Below, in pieces: positions 38,632-50,220 of a DNA stretch of 64,000 bases. The DNA comes from Tagaea sp. (GTDB taxonomy: Bacteria; Pseudomonadota; Alphaproteobacteria; CACIAM-22H2). Where the stretch lies: the NCBI GenBank assembly GCA_965279525.1, contig CBDIIB010000005.1:1472001-1536000 (forward strand). Direction: 5' to 3'. Each line of letters opens with the position of its first letter. Position 1 is the stretch's first letter. The position numbers were made by a program, and so were the translations under genes. The notes under the pieces are model-generated. The model made no database searches and had not been told where the DNA came from. It worked only from the letters and a program-made list of their open reading frames with translations.

Positions 38632-39197
38632 CGGTCCGTCTCGAACATAGTGCGCAGGCGTGCGACGGCAAGCCGCAGGCGCGATTTCACGGTGCCCAGC
38701 GGCACGCGCAGGCTCTGCGCGATGTCGCCGTGCGAGCGGTCTTCATAATAGGCAAGGCGCAGCATCTGCGCCTGCTCGGCCGGCAGTTCGTCGAGTGCTG
38801 CGGCGAGCCGCTTTTCCCAGCGCCCGGCATCGAGCGTGCGGTCGGGCATCGCCTCGGGCTCGGGCATCAGGCCCGGATCGTCGACATCGAGGCGCGTGCG
38901 CTTGTCGCGACGGAGCGCGTCGATGCGCCGGTTGCGCGCGATGGTGAAGATCCATGTCGCGGGGCTGGCGAGCTTCGCCTCGTAGGCCGGCGCCTTGCGC
39001 CACACCGTCAGCATCACTTCCTGCGTCAGGTCCTCGGCCTGGCCCCTGTCGGCCCCCAGCCGCAGCAGATAGGCCTTCACGCGCGGGCCGAAATGGTCGA
39101 ACAGGCGCGCGAACGCCGCGCGGTCCTGGAAGCGCGCGACCGCCGCGATGTCGCGGATCTGGGCGTCGAGTGCGGAAAGGTCGGATTGGGAACGCAT
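38628..39197 (-). CDS. rpoE: ECF sigma factor, RpoE/ECF11 type
   Basis: QEVMLTVWRKA, TWIFTIARNRRID and PLGTVKSRLR; alternative in-frame ATG at 39344. Confidence 0.88.
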   Translation of the reverse strand: MRSQSDLSALDAQIRDIAAVARFQDRAAFARLFDHFGPRVKAYLLRLGADRGQAEDLTQEVMLTVWRKAPAYEAKLASPATWIFTIARNRRIDALRRDKRTRLDVDDPGLMPEPEAMPDRTLDAGRWEKRLAAALDELPAEQAQMLRLAYYEDRSHGDIAQSLRVPLGTVKSRLRLAVARLRTMFETDR

Positions 39198-39355
39198 CGC
39201 GCCCTGTATAGAGGCCGGTGGCCGGATCGCAAACTGCCGGGGTGCCAGCAGCCGGCACGCCAGCAGGCCCGCAGGAAGGCTTGCGGCCTTGCCTGTCGGG
39301 CCGGGGGTCCGGCGGGGCGGCGGTCGGCGGTTGACGTCAATCATCCTCAATGCGA

Positions 39356-39381
39356 TACGCAAGGTCATCCAGCCCGGATCA
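39356..39381 (-). promoter_or_regulatory. Putative autoregulatory RpoE (ECF11) promoter
   Basis: TGATCC-N15-GCGTA on the minus strand upstream of rpoE-chrR. Confidence 0.7.
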
Positions 39382-39390
39382 CGGATCGCC

Positions 39391-39990
39391 ATGAAACCTC
39401 GATTTCACATCGTCGTTGCCGCTTCGTTCCTAGTCGTTGCGGGTAGCGTGCAGGCCCAGCAGCGCCCGGCTGCCCCGGCTCCTGCCGCGCCTGCGCAGCC
39501 GGCCCCGGGTGCGGGCCTGCCGCGCCAGCTCGGCGCGCATGACGGCTGGATCGCGGTCGAGGCCGGAACCGGCCCGACGCGCGTGTGCTATCTCGTCGGC
39601 CGGCCGGCCAAGTCGGAAAGCAAGCCTGCCAACGCGCGCCGCGGCGAGATCTCGCTGACCATCGCGCACTATCCGGGCGCCAACCGCACCAACGAGGTGA
39701 CGTGGGTCGCCGGCTATGCGCTGCGCGACAACGGTCCGATGGAGATCGAGGTCGGCCGGGTCAAGGTGCCGCTGTCGAACCTGAACCAGCCCAACTCGGA
39801 GAAGGCGTGGACGCGCGACGAGGTCGGCAACCGCCAGGCGATCGACGCGATGCGCCAGGCGGCGGCCAACGCCAGCGCGCTGGTGCGCGGCATATCCGGG
39901 CGCGGCACCGAGACGGTCGACCATTTCGCGCTTGCCGGCTTTGCGCGCGGCCTTGCCGACATCGACAAGGCCTGCGCCGTCCGGCGGTAA
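39391..39990 (+). CDS. Invasion-associated locus B (IalB)-like exported protein
   Basis: Signal peptide; W...CY, S.RGT.T.D.F.L.GF and C-terminal Cys; conserved position before rlmN. Confidence 0.75.
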   Translation: MKPRFHIVVAASFLVVAGSVQAQQRPAAPAPAAPAQPAPGAGLPRQLGAHDGWIAVEAGTGPTRVCYLVGRPAKSESKPANARRGEISLTIAHYPGANRTNEVTWVAGYALRDNGPMEIEVGRVKVPLSNLNQPNSEKAWTRDEVGNRQAIDAMRQAAANASALVRGISGRGTETVDHFALAGFARGLADIDKACAVRR

Positions 39991-40046
39991 GAAAGCGGGC
40001 GCCGTCCGCCGGTGACAGGCCGGGTCCAAGCGCCTATATAGGCGCC

Positions 40047-41210
40047 ATGCTCGAACCGGTCGTCCCCAAACCCCAGCTTGCCGAATTCAAGGAGGCGCTG
40101 CCCGCCCCGCAGAGCCCGGACGGCCGCGCCAACCTCGTCGGCCTGTCGCGCGAGGAGCTGACGGCGCTGTTCGCCGAGATGGGCGAGCCGGCGTTCCGCG
40201 CGCGCCAGCTCTGGGGCTGGATCTATTGCAAGGGGGCCAGGGATTTCTCCGACATGACCGACATGTCGAAGAAGCTGCGCGCCAAGCTCGAGACGAAATA
40301 CGCCATGCGCCGGCCCGAGGTGGCGCGCCTGCAGGATTCGATCGACGGCACCAAGAAGTGGCTGCTGCGCTATCCCGACGGGCAGGAAATCGAGACCGTC
40401 CACATCCCCGAGGAAGACCGGGGCACGCTGTGCGTGTCGAGCCAGGTCGGCTGCACATTGACGTGCAAGTTCTGCCACACCGGCACCCAGCGCCTGGTGC
40501 GCGACCTGACGGTCGAGGAGATCGTCGGCCAGGTGATGCTCGCCAAGGACACGTTCGACGAATGGCCGGCACCTGAGTCCAGCCGCAAGCTCACCAACAT
40601 CGTGATGATGGGCATGGGCGAGCCGCTGTTCAACTACGAGAACGTCGCCAAGGCGCTGAAGATCATCATGGACCCCGACGGCATCGCGGTATCGCGGCGC
40701 AAGATCACGCTGTCGACGTCGGGCGTGGCGCCGATGATCAAGCGCTGCGGCGAGGAGCTGCGCGTGATGCTGGCGATCTCGCTGCATGCCGTGACCGACG
40801 AGCTTCGCGACGTGCTCGTGCCGCTCAACAAGAAATATCCGATCGCCGAGCTGCTCGACGCGTGCCGTTCCTATCCCACGCTGTCGAACGCGCGGCGCAT
40901 CACGTTCGAGTACGTGATGCTGAAGGGCGTCAACGACAGCCCGGCCGACGCGCGGGCACTGGTGAAGCTCATCGCCGGCATCCCGGCCAAGATCAACCTG
41001 ATCCCGTTCAACGCGTGGCCCGGTGCCCCGTTCGAATGCTCGTCCGACGAGGCGATCGCGAAATTCGCCCAGATCGTCAACGATGCGGGCTATCCCAGCC
41101 CGGTGCGCAAGCCGCGCGGCAGCGACATCTTCGCGGCCTGCGGCCAGCTCAAAAGTGCGAGCGAGCGCGTGCGCAGGAGCGTCGCGGCGGCGTCGGTCGA
41201 TCCTGCATGA
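40047..41210 (+). CDS. rlmN: Dual-specificity rRNA/tRNA methyltransferase RlmN
   Basis: [21 protein letters not shown] and AACGQL. Confidence 0.97.
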   Translation: MLEPVVPKPQLAEFKEALPAPQSPDGRANLVGLSREELTALFAEMGEPAFRARQLWGWIYCKGARDFSDMTDMSKKLRAKLETKYAMRRPEVARLQDSIDGTKKWLLRYPDGQEIETVHIPEEDRGTLCVSSQVGCTLTCKFCHTGTQRLVRDLTVEEIVGQVMLAKDTFDEWPAPESSRKLTNIVMMGMGEPLFNYENVAKALKIIMDPDGIAVSRRKITLSTSGVAPMIKRCGEELRVMLAISLHAVTDELRDVLVPLNKKYPIAELLDACRSYPTLSNARRITFEYVMLKGVNDSPADARALVKLIAGIPAKINLIPFNAWPGAPFECSSDEAIAKFAQIVNDAGYPSPVRKPRGSDIFAACGQLKSASERVRRSVAAASVDPA

Positions 41211-41272
41211 TCGACGATGTTTGGGGACTGCTGGATTTGTAGGATTCCGGTATCTGTGTGTATCCATCATGG

Positions 41273-42220
41273 ATGCACGTTTCGATATTGATATCGTCTC
41301 TTGATACAACTGTATTAAAGAGCGCGGTCGACGACATCTTGGCGACCGTCGACGGTGCCATCGAATTCGAGATCGTGGCGAGCACACCCGTTGCCTTCGA
41401 GGCGCCGCGCACGCGCATCGTCGTCGAAGATCGCCCGGCCGGCGCCGCCCGCGCCTATAACGCGGCGGCGGCAGCGGCGCGCGGCACGTACATCGCCCAC
41501 GTCACCGACGGCAAGAAGCTGCGCAGGGGTTGGCTCGAAGCCGCACTCGCGACGATCGCGGCGCGTGACGATGGCAGGTCACCCTTCGTGGCCTGCCTGC
41601 CGATGTTCGACGGCACGGAGGGCGATACCTTTGTCGGCACGGCCATGGGACGGCTCTATCCCTGGTTCTTCGTCGCCCATCGCCGGTTGACCGATGCCGT
41701 CGGCCCCTACTGCGATGAAAGCTACAAGGACAGCTTTCTCGATGTCGATCTGGGTTTCCGGGTCTGGGCGGCAGGCGGCCGCTGCGAGATCGTGCCGGGC
41801 GGGCCCTGGTACGAGCACGTAGCGGATGCCAGGCGCGTCCGGCTGGGATCGCGCAATCTCGAAGCGGATTTCGGCCTGCTGTTCGAGCGCTGGTTCGCCA
41901 GGTTCGGCGTTGCCGCCGGATTCGGCGAACCCCGGCCGGACGGACGCACGGTCGTGGCCCCCTGGCACGTGTGCCTGGATGTACCGTCGATCTTCTTCTC
42001 GCACTTCGTGCGCGACCACACGATCCTGCAGGCAGGTCGCGAATGGCCGCGGATCGGGGCGTCCCTGCGCGCGGCGACCCGGCTGATTCACAAGGACGGG
42101 ATCGCGATACCCGGTTCCGTCCTCGTCGAACCGGCGCATCTGCCGGATTGGGTGCTGACGGTGACGCGTGCCCGCCAGGATGCCGTTCAGAGCGCGACCA
42201 CGCCGAACGGGTCGCAATAG
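41273..42220 (+). CDS. Putative GT-A fold glycosyltransferase
   Basis: VSILIS, GAARAYNAAAAAARGTYI and FLDVDLGFRVW..GGR resemble GT2; DxD is degenerate. Confidence 0.6.
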   Translation: MHVSILISSLDTTVLKSAVDDILATVDGAIEFEIVASTPVAFEAPRTRIVVEDRPAGAARAYNAAAAAARGTYIAHVTDGKKLRRGWLEAALATIAARDDGRSPFVACLPMFDGTEGDTFVGTAMGRLYPWFFVAHRRLTDAVGPYCDESYKDSFLDVDLGFRVWAAGGRCEIVPGGPWYEHVADARRVRLGSRNLEADFGLLFERWFARFGVAAGFGEPRPDGRTVVAPWHVCLDVPSIFFSHFVRDHTILQAGREWPRIGASLRAATRLIHKDGIAIPGSVLVEPAHLPDWVLTVTRARQDAVQSATTPNGSQ

Positions 42221-42924
42221 ATTTCGAGGATGTGGTGCAGCTCGGGCAGCTTGTCCGCGGGTGCGAGCACGCCCATGCCCGATGCCGTGCGCGTCAGGAT
42301 GCGCGCCTTGTGGCCGGGCAGCCGGGCCGCGATCGCCTTGAACGAGTCCAGCATCTGGCAGACCATCACGTCGTGGAAGACGAAGACGGCGTCGGGCGCG
42401 CAGAAGGGCAGGATGCCCTCGAAGTCGGCCGTCTGCGCTTCGTTGGTGTGGTCGGCATCGATGAAGACCATGTCGACCGGCCCGTCGAGATGCGCCGCCA
42501 CCGCCGCGGGCACGTCGGTGGGCGAAGCGCCCAGCACGCCCGTGACGTTGTAGCCCTTCTCCGCCGCGATCCGGTTGGTGAGGGCGAGCCCGTCCTTGCC
42601 CATGCCAAGGCCGATGTCGATGGCGACGATCTTCGCCTTGGGCATCGCCATGGCGAGGGCAAGCGTGCTCCAGCCGAACGAGCAGCCGATCGCGAAGATG
42701 CGCTTGGGCGCATAGACCTGGCCGACATCCTCCATCAGCGCCACTTCCGACAGGCTGATGCCGCCGCCGGAATGGCCGATATTGACGCCGTCCTTGATCG
42801 CGTAGGTGAAGGTGCCGTCCTCGGCGGGGCTGTTCGAGATCTTCGTCAGCAGGAACGGCGACATGCTGGAGCGGATCTGGAATCCGTAGCTTGCGTAGAG
42901 ATCGACGAGTTTCGCGAAAATCAT
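42187..42924 (-). CDS. Class I SAM-dependent methyltransferase (Methyltransf_24-like)
   Basis: IGCSFGWST, VFIDADH and VFHD. Confidence 0.8.
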   Translation of the reverse strand: MIFAKLVDLYASYGFQIRSSMSPFLLTKISNSPAEDGTFTYAIKDGVNIGHSGGGISLSEVALMEDVGQVYAPKRIFAIGCSFGWSTLALAMAMPKAKIVAIDIGLGMGKDGLALTNRIAAEKGYNVTGVLGASPTDVPAAVAAHLDGPVDMVFIDADHTNEAQTADFEGILPFCAPDAVFVFHDVMVCQMLDSFKAIAARLPGHKARILTRTASGMGVLAPADKLPELHHILEIYCDPFGVVAL

Positions 42925-42928
42925 CTGC

Positions 42929-43633
42929 CTACCGCTTCTGGTACTGGGTTGCGCCGAACAGCACTTCCTTCTGCTTGTCGTCCATCGGCCCGACGCGCCG
43001 GCGTTCCTCGAGCAGCTTGAGACCTTTTACCACCGCCGGGCGCGTGTTGATCGCGTCGAACCAGCGCTTCACGTTCGGGAAGTCTTCGAGCTTCTGGCCC
43101 TGGCGCTCGTGGCTGCGCGTCCACGGGAACACGGCCATGTCGGCGATCGAGTATTCGCCGGCGAGGAACGGCGTTTCGGCCAGCCGCCGGTCGAGCACGC
43201 CGTAGAGCCGTGCGGTCTCGTTCGTGTAGCGGTCGACCGCATACTTGATCGGTTCGGGCGCGTACTGGCGGAAATGGTGGGCCTGGCCGAACATCGGCCC
43301 CACACCGCCCATCTGGAACATCAACCACTGGATCACGTCGTAGCGGGCCCGCGTATCCGACGGCAGGAAGCGCTCGCCCGCGGCCCCCGAGCGGTCGCAC
43401 AGATACATCAGGATGGCGCCCGATTCGAACACCGCATAGGGCCCGCCGCCCGGGCCGTCGCTGTCGACGAGGGCGGGCATCTTGTTGTTGGGGCTGATCT
43501 TCAGGAAATCCGGCTTGAATTGCTCGCCCTTGCCGATGTCGACCGCATGGACGTTGTAGGCGAGGCCCAGCTCCTCCAGCAGGATCGAGACCTTGTAGGC
43601 ATTGGGGGTCGGCCAGACATAGAGATCGAGCAT
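42929..43633 (-). CDS. Glutathione S-transferase, YfcG/YghU-like
   Basis: [21 protein letters not shown] and [16 protein letters not shown]. Confidence 0.93.
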   Translation of the reverse strand: MLDLYVWPTPNAYKVSILLEELGLAYNVHAVDIGKGEQFKPDFLKISPNNKMPALVDSDGPGGGPYAVFESGAILMYLCDRSGAAGERFLPSDTRARYDVIQWLMFQMGGVGPMFGQAHHFRQYAPEPIKYAVDRYTNETARLYGVLDRRLAETPFLAGEYSIADMAVFPWTRSHERQGQKLEDFPNVKRWFDAINTRPAVVKGLKLLEERRRVGPMDDKQKEVLFGATQYQKR

Positions 43634-43751
43634 CGCGGGGGTTCCTCGGCATCCGGGGGATAGGGCCAGTCTAGCAGCGCTTGCAGGTGGCGGCGCAATC
43701 CTTATACTCCCGCGCGTTTTCAAGGGCTCCAGGTTCGCGGCGGAAAATCAG

Positions 43752-44962
<1,211 letters not shown>

Positions 44963-44966
<4 letters not shown>

Positions 44967-45223
44967 GCGACCGCATCGCCGACGAAATCGACCGCTCGAT
45001 CCTCGAGCTGACGGCCGCGCGCGGACCCCGCAGCTCGATCAGCCCGTCCGAAGTGGCGATCGCGGTGCAGCCCGACGGCAAATGGCAGTCGCTGCTGACC
45101 AAGGTGCGGTCACGCGCCGTGGCGCTGATGCTCGAAGGCAAGATCGAGATCCTGCGCAAGGGCAAGCCGGTCGAGGATCCAGAAGACGTGCGCGGCGTGA
45201 TCCGGTTGCGGGCGAAAGCCTAG
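44963..45223 (+). CDS. DUF3253 domain protein
   Basis: [11 protein letters not shown] and RKGKPV..RGVIRL; GTG overlaps the argG stop. Confidence 0.85.
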
Positions 45224-46095
45224 GCGATATTCCGCCGCGCCTTGGCGGCCTGGATCGTGTTGGCGAGCAGGCACGCGATGGTCATCGGCCCCACGCCGCC
45301 GGGCACCGGCGTGATGGCGCCGGCGACCTGTTCGGCCTCGGCGAACGCGACGTCGCCCACGAGCTTTCCTTTGCTGCCGTCGCCCGCCGGCAGTCGGTTG
45401 ATGCCCACGTCGATGACCGTCGCACCGGGCTTGATCCAGTTTCCGCGGATCATCTCCGCCCGGCCGACCGCCGCGACGAGGATGTCGGCCTGGCGCACGA
45501 CCGCGGCGAGGTCGCGCGTCTTCGAATGCGCCAGCGTGACCGTGCAGTCGGCGGCGAGCAGGAGCTGGGCCATCGGCTTGCCCACGATGTTCGAGCGGCC
45601 GACGATCACGGCATGCAGGCCGGCGAGATTTGGGACCGCATGCCGGATCAGGCGCATGGCGCCCGCCGGCGTGCAGGGCACGAGTGCGGCACGGCCGGTG
45701 GCGAGCATTCCGGCGTTGACCGCATGGAACCCGTCGACATCCTTCTTGGGGTCGATCGCGTCGAGCACCTTGCCCGCGTCGATATGTGCCGGCAGCGGCA
45801 GCTGGACGAGGATGCCGTCCACGTCGTCGGAGCGGTTGAGCTGCTGGACGAGTTCGAGCAATGCTGCTTCGCTCGTGTCGGCGGGCAGCCGGTGCTCGAA
45901 GCTCTTCATGCCCACTTCGAGCGTCGCCTTGTGCTTGGCGCCGACATAGACCTGGCTTGCCGGATCGGCACCGACCAGCACGACGGCAAGGCCGGGCGTG
46001 AAGCGGTGCTTCTCCTCGATCTCGTCGACTTCCAGCGCCACGGCCGCACGCAGGTCGGCCGCGATCGCCTTGCCGTCGATGCGCCGTGCGGTCAT
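45220..46095 (-). CDS. folD: Methylenetetrahydrofolate dehydrogenase/cyclohydrolase
   Basis: [20 protein letters not shown] and [11 protein letters not shown]. Confidence 0.98.
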   Translation of the reverse strand: MTARRIDGKAIAADLRAAVALEVDEIEEKHRFTPGLAVVLVGADPASQVYVGAKHKATLEVGMKSFEHRLPADTSEAALLELVQQLNRSDDVDGILVQLPLPAHIDAGKVLDAIDPKKDVDGFHAVNAGMLATGRAALVPCTPAGAMRLIRHAVPNLAGLHAVIVGRSNIVGKPMAQLLLAADCTVTLAHSKTRDLAAVVRQADILVAAVGRAEMIRGNWIKPGATVIDVGINRLPAGDGSKGKLVGDVAFAEAEQVAGAITPVPGGVGPMTIACLLANTIQAAKARRNIA

Positions 46096-46403
46096 GGCAG
46101 GCGCGCCTTCATCGCGGCGTAGAGATCGGCGGGCTTGCCTTCGATCTTGAATCGCTTGTGCCGGGCGCTTGCCCCTTGCGTCAGCACGAAGGCGCGCTTG
46201 GGCAGGCCGAAATGTTCGGCGAGCAGTTCGACCGTCGCTTCGGTCGCGCGGCCGTTTTCGGGTGCCGCACTGACCGCGACGGCGAGCGTGCCGTCCTCGA
46301 TCACGCCGCCGATGCCCGGCCGGCGCGAACGCGGTGTCACGCGCACGTTGAGGAAGACCCCGTCGGACACGGCCGTCAGCGGTGTCGCCTCGACCGTCGC
46401 CAT
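46092..46403 (-). CDS. DUF167 (YggU) family protein
   Basis: [15 protein letters not shown] and GASARHK; yggT-yggU-folD synteny. Confidence 0.85.
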   Translation of the reverse strand: MATVEATPLTAVSDGVFLNVRVTPRSRRPGIGGVIEDGTLAVAVSAAPENGRATEATVELLAEHFGLPKRAFVLTQGASARHKRFKIEGKPADLYAAMKARLP

Positions 46404-46408
46404 GGCGC

Positions 46409-46687
46409 CTAGAGCCAGTACTCGTAGATCAGGTTCTGCACGAAGATCAGCAGCAGGATCAGCACGACCGGCGAGATGTCGATGCCGCCGAGATTGGGCA
46501 CGAAGCGCTTTATCGGGCGCAAGGCCGGCTCGGTCACGCGATGCAGGAAGTCGGCGATCGTGTAGACGACCTGGTTGCGCGGGTTGAGGACGTTGAAGGC
46601 CAGCAGCCACGACAGCAGTGCCGAGCCGACGAGCAGCCAGATATAGATCTGGATTGCGGAGACGAGCAGCGAACCGAGCGCGTTCAT
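46409..46687 (-). CDS. YggT family membrane protein
   Basis: [12 protein letters not shown] and GGIDISP. Confidence 0.92.
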   Translation of the reverse strand: MNALGSLLVSAIQIYIWLLVGSALLSWLLAFNVLNPRNQVVYTIADFLHRVTEPALRPIKRFVPNLGGIDISPVVLILLLIFVQNLIYEYWL

Positions 46688-46772
46688 GGCGGCCGAAGCC
46701 CTCTTGTTGCGGACAGGCCGGGAACCGTACACGAAGGGCACAAGCCCCTGCAAGGTCTGGTAAATCCGTCGC

Positions 46773-46801
46773 TTGACAGGGCGGGGGGTCGAACGCATTA
46801 T
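46773..46801 (+). promoter_or_regulatory. Sigma70 promoter of tRNA-Ala
   Basis: TTGACA-N17-CATTAT followed by a GC-rich discriminator. Confidence 0.75.
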
Positions 46802-46824
46802 CGCCCGCCTTTCGACGGGCGTGT

Positions 46825-46900
46825 GGGGCCGTAGCTCAGCTGGGAGAGCGCCTCGTTCGCAATGAGGAGGTCGTCGGTTCGATCCCGATCGGCTCCACCA
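46825..46900 (+). tRNA. tRNA-Ala (anticodon CGC)
   Basis: 76 nt GGGGCCG...CGGCTCCACCA; anticodon arm CCTCG-TT-CGC-AA-TGAGG; GTTCGAT T-loop; G3-U70 pair; encoded CCA. Confidence 0.98.
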
Positions 46901-46930
46901 TCCCGCCCGCCCGTCGCGGCATACCTGTTT

Positions 46931-48259
46931 TCAGTGCAGTTTGAGCTTCGGCCGGATCACCTGATTGACGTGGCCGACCGCGATCAGCAGCAGGCCCTTG
47001 AGCCAGCCGTGGATGGCGATCAGGTGCATCCGGTAGAGCGACACGTAGACGAGGCGCGCCAGCCGCCCTTCCACCGCCATGCGTCCGCCCACGAGATTTC
47101 CCATCAGGCTGCCCACTGTCGTGTAGCGCGCGAGGCTGACCAGCGAGCCGTGGTCGCGATAGACGAAATCGACCGGCGGCCGGTCGGCGATCAGGCGGCG
47201 GATGTTCTCGAACGCGGTCGCGGCCATCTGGTGTGCCGATTGCGCGCGCGGCGGTACGGGCCGCTCGCTGCCGGGCAGCACGCACGAGCAGCAGTCGCCG
47301 ATGGCGAAGACGCGCTCGTCGCGCGTGGTCTGCAGGGTCGGGCGCACGACGAGCTGGTTGTTGCGGTTGGTCTCCAGCCCGCCGATGTCCTTGAGGAACT
47401 CCGCCCCCTTGACGCCGGCCGCCCAGACGCGAAGGTCCGCCTCGATGCGCTCGCCGCCCTTGGTCACGATGGCGCGGTCGTCCACTTCGGTCACCTGCGT
47501 TCCGGTCAGCACGCGCACGCCCAGCGCTTCGAGCTCGGCGTGTGCCGCTTCGGCCAGCTTCTCGGGCAAGGCGGGCAGGATGCGCGGGCCCGCTTCCACC
47601 AGCGTGATGCGCAGGCGGCTCTCGTCGAACACCTCGAGACCGTAGAAGCGCAAGGCGGCGGCCGCACTGTAGAGCTCGGCCGCCAGTTCCACGCCCGTCG
47701 CACCGCCGCCGACGATGGCGACATCGACATGCAGGTCGGCCTGCGTGTCGCCCGCCATGCCGCGCGACACGCGCAGGCACTGGCTGAGCAGCATCTGGCG
47801 GAAGCGGTCGGCCTGCGCGCGCTCGTCGAGGAAGATGCAGTTGGCGCGCACGCCCGGCGTGCCGAAATCGTTGGAGACCGAACCGACAGCGATCACCAGA
47901 TAGTCGTAGCGGATGCGGTGGCGGCCGACGATCTCGACGCCCTTCTCGTCGAGCATGGGCGCGATCACGACATGGCGCGTCTCGCGGTCGATGCCCTCGA
48001 GCGTGCCGTCGAAGAACCGGTAGCCCCAGCGATAGGCGTGGCTGCGGTAGCCGACCTCGTCGAGATTGGCGTCGAGCGAGCCGGCCGCGACCTCGTGCAG
48101 CAGCGGCTTCCAGACATGCGTGCGGTTCCGCTCGACGAGGATGATGTCGTATTCCTCGCGCCCGTACGTGGCACCCAGCCGCGCGACAAGTTCGAGGCCG
48201 CCGGCACCGCCGCCGACGACGACGATCTGGGTCTTCTTGGGCTTCATCGGGTTCTGCAT
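46931..48259 (-). CDS. ndh: Type II NADH dehydrogenase
   Basis: GGGAGG, WKPLLHEVAAG, GGGATGVELAAE, AIGDC and PPRAQSAHQ. Confidence 0.92.
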   Translation of the reverse strand: MQNPMKPKKTQIVVVGGGAGGLELVARLGATYGREEYDIILVERNRTHVWKPLLHEVAAGSLDANLDEVGYRSHAYRWGYRFFDGTLEGIDRETRHVVIAPMLDEKGVEIVGRHRIRYDYLVIAVGSVSNDFGTPGVRANCIFLDERAQADRFRQMLLSQCLRVSRGMAGDTQADLHVDVAIVGGGATGVELAAELYSAAAALRFYGLEVFDESRLRITLVEAGPRILPALPEKLAEAAHAELEALGVRVLTGTQVTEVDDRAIVTKGGERIEADLRVWAAGVKGAEFLKDIGGLETNRNNQLVVRPTLQTTRDERVFAIGDCCSCVLPGSERPVPPRAQSAHQMAATAFENIRRLIADRPPVDFVYRDHGSLVSLARYTTVGSLMGNLVGGRMAVEGRLARLVYVSLYRMHLIAIHGWLKGLLLIAVGHVNQVIRPKLKLH

Positions 48260-48330
48260 GGCGGCCGTTCGGGTTTGCTGCTACATCCCGATGATAGTCA
48301 CCATTTGCGGGACAGGCAGCGGAATTTGCG

Positions 48331-48789
48331 ATGAGCGAAGAGCTTCTGCGCACCATCGAGAGCGACGTCCTGCGGCGGCTTTTCCGTTTCTGGCTCGACC
48401 AGACGCCGGCGTCGGGCGGGCCGCCGCGCACCAAGGGCTTCCCGGTCGAGGGGCTGGCCGAATGGGCGCCCAACCTCGTCATCATCGAGGTCAAGGCACA
48501 GGCGCGCTTCCGCTACGGCTTCTACGGCACGACCTTCCGCAAGGCCTTCGGTGTCGATCTCACGGGCACGTCCGTCGAAGACCTGCCGAGCGAGCAGGCA
48601 AGCCTGCTGACGGCGGAATACCGGCTGGTGCGCCGCACGCAGCGCCCGTACTGGCGCGTCTATGCCGGCTGGTTCGGGCCGGGCGAAGAGCCGCAGACCT
48701 GGGAACGCCTGTCGCTGCCGCTGGCCGGCGCCAAGGGCGACGTCGCCTTCATCCTCGCGGCGGCCTACAGGGTCGACAAGCGTGGCTAG
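48331..48789 (+). CDS. Stand-alone PAS-like domain protein (PAS_5-like)
   Basis: L...W....G.P, FRY...GT, G.DLTG and ERL.LPL pattern. Confidence 0.7.
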   Translation: MSEELLRTIESDVLRRLFRFWLDQTPASGGPPRTKGFPVEGLAEWAPNLVIIEVKAQARFRYGFYGTTFRKAFGVDLTGTSVEDLPSEQASLLTAEYRLVRRTQRPYWRVYAGWFGPGEEPQTWERLSLPLAGAKGDVAFILAAAYRVDKRG

Positions 48790-48792
48790 CTT

Positions 48793-50220
48793 CTAGTTTC
48801 CGGCCTTCAGTTTCGCGATGCGGGCGGAAAGGTCCGCATGCGCCGCGCTGTTCGCCGGAAGCTGGGCGAGCAGGCGCTGCCACAGCGCGGTTGCGGCCAT
48901 GTCCTTGCCGGCGAGCGCTTCGTCCTGGCCGAGCAACCACAGTGCCACGCCCTCGTTCGGCGATTTCGCCAGCAGGCTGGCGACCGCCGCGCGCGCCGGC
49001 GGGTCGAGCGGCTTGTCGGGATCGTGCAGGTCGATCAGCGCGCCCGCAAAGTCGTGCAGCACCTCGAGATTGTCCGGTGCGATCGCCGCAGCGCGCGCAT
49101 GGGCGGCAAGCGCCTTGTCGGCTTCGCCCAGCACCTTGCGCGAGCGCGCGAGCCGTCGCCAGCCGTCGAGATCGTCGGGCTGGGTCTCGAGGCGGGCGGC
49201 AAGCCCCTCGACCATGCTGCGGATCGCGGCCAGCCGGTCGCCTTCGGGAAGGGCGGCAAGCGCGCCGGGATCGGGTACCGCACCTCCGCCGCCACTCCCC
49301 ACGCGGGGGCCGCCGAGCCGCACGACCGCCGGCGGATTCTTCATCGACGGGGTCATCTGCTTGAGGTCGATGCGTGCCTCGCGCGCGGTGCGTTCCATCG
49401 CCTCGCGCACTGTGGGCAGCCATGGCGAATCGGGCGGCGAGGCGGCGATCAGGTCGAACCACACGCGCACGGCGTCGGCCCGGTCGCCGGCCTGTGCGCG
49501 CGCGAGGCCGGCATAGTAGCGTGCGCGCGGATCGCCGGGATCGGCCGACAGAACGCGCCCGAAGGCGGCTTCGGCCTCCGGCGTCACCACGCCGTTCGCG
49601 ACGGCGACCGCCGTCTCGCCGAGCAGGCCCGCGATCTCGGGCTGGCCGCCGGAAATCTCGTCTGCCTTGCGCCACGCGTTCAGTGCCTGTGCGGCAAGGT
49701 TCATCGCGGCGGATGCCTGTGCCAGGCGCACCCAGGCTTCCAGGTCCTTGGGGTCGCGCTCGACGCGCTCGAACATCGCGCGCGCGAAGGCGGCAAGCTG
49801 GCGGTCGGGCAGGTCCTGGGCGGGCTCGGTCGCGCGCCGTTCGGCAAGCGGCATGCCCGGCAGCGTGGGCGAGCCCTGCCGCCCGTAGACCGAGAACGCG
49901 ATCGCCGGCAGCACGATGGCGAGCGCCACGGCGACATAGCGGATACCGCTGCTGTCGACGGGCGCTTGCGCTGCGCGCACCGTCTTGCCGCTGTCGGCAA
50001 GTGCGAGCATGCGCCGGCCGATTTCCGCGCGCGCGGCGCGCGCCTCTTCCGGCGTGACCGTTCCGCGGTCGAGATCGCGGGCGATCTCCGCCATCTGGTC
50101 GCGGTAGATCTCCATGTCGAACGCCGCGCGCGTCGGAACGGGCTTCGCACGGCGCAGCAGCGGCCACACGAGCAGTGCGACGACCAGGACGGTAAGTGCG
50201 CCGAGGATCGCTTGCGTCAC
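48793..50220 (-). CDS. ccmI: Cytochrome c biogenesis protein CcmI/CycH
   Basis: IYRDQMAEI..D, second TM then YGRQGSP, TPR-like repeats and IRSMVEGLAARL. Confidence 0.9.
   Translation of the reverse strand: MTQAILGALTVLVVALLVWPLLRRAKPVPTRAAFDMEIYRDQMAEIARDLDRGTVTPEEARAARAEIGRRMLALADSGKTVRAAQAPVDSSGIRYVAVALAIVLPAIAFSVYGRQGSPTLPGMPLAERRATEPAQDLPDRQLAAFARAMFERVERDPKDLEAWVRLAQASAAMNLAAQALNAWRKADEISGGQPEIAGLLGETAVAVANGVVTPEAEAAFGRVLSADPGDPRARYYAGLARAQAGDRADAVRVWFDLIAASPPDSPWLPTVREAMERTAREARIDLKQMTPSMKNPPAVVRLGGPRVGSGGGGAVPDPGALAALPEGDRLAAIRSMVEGLAARLETQPDDLDGWRRLARSRKVLGEADKALAAHARAAAIAPDNLEVLHDFAGALIDLHDPDKPLDPPARAAVASLLAKSPNEGVALWLLGQDEALAGKDMAATALWQRLLAQLPANSAAHADLSARIAKLKAGN

Noticed and set aside
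46825-48789. Integrative element at tRNA-Ala
   Set aside because: No integrase, no duplicated tRNA 3' end that I could find, and no compositional shift downstream.
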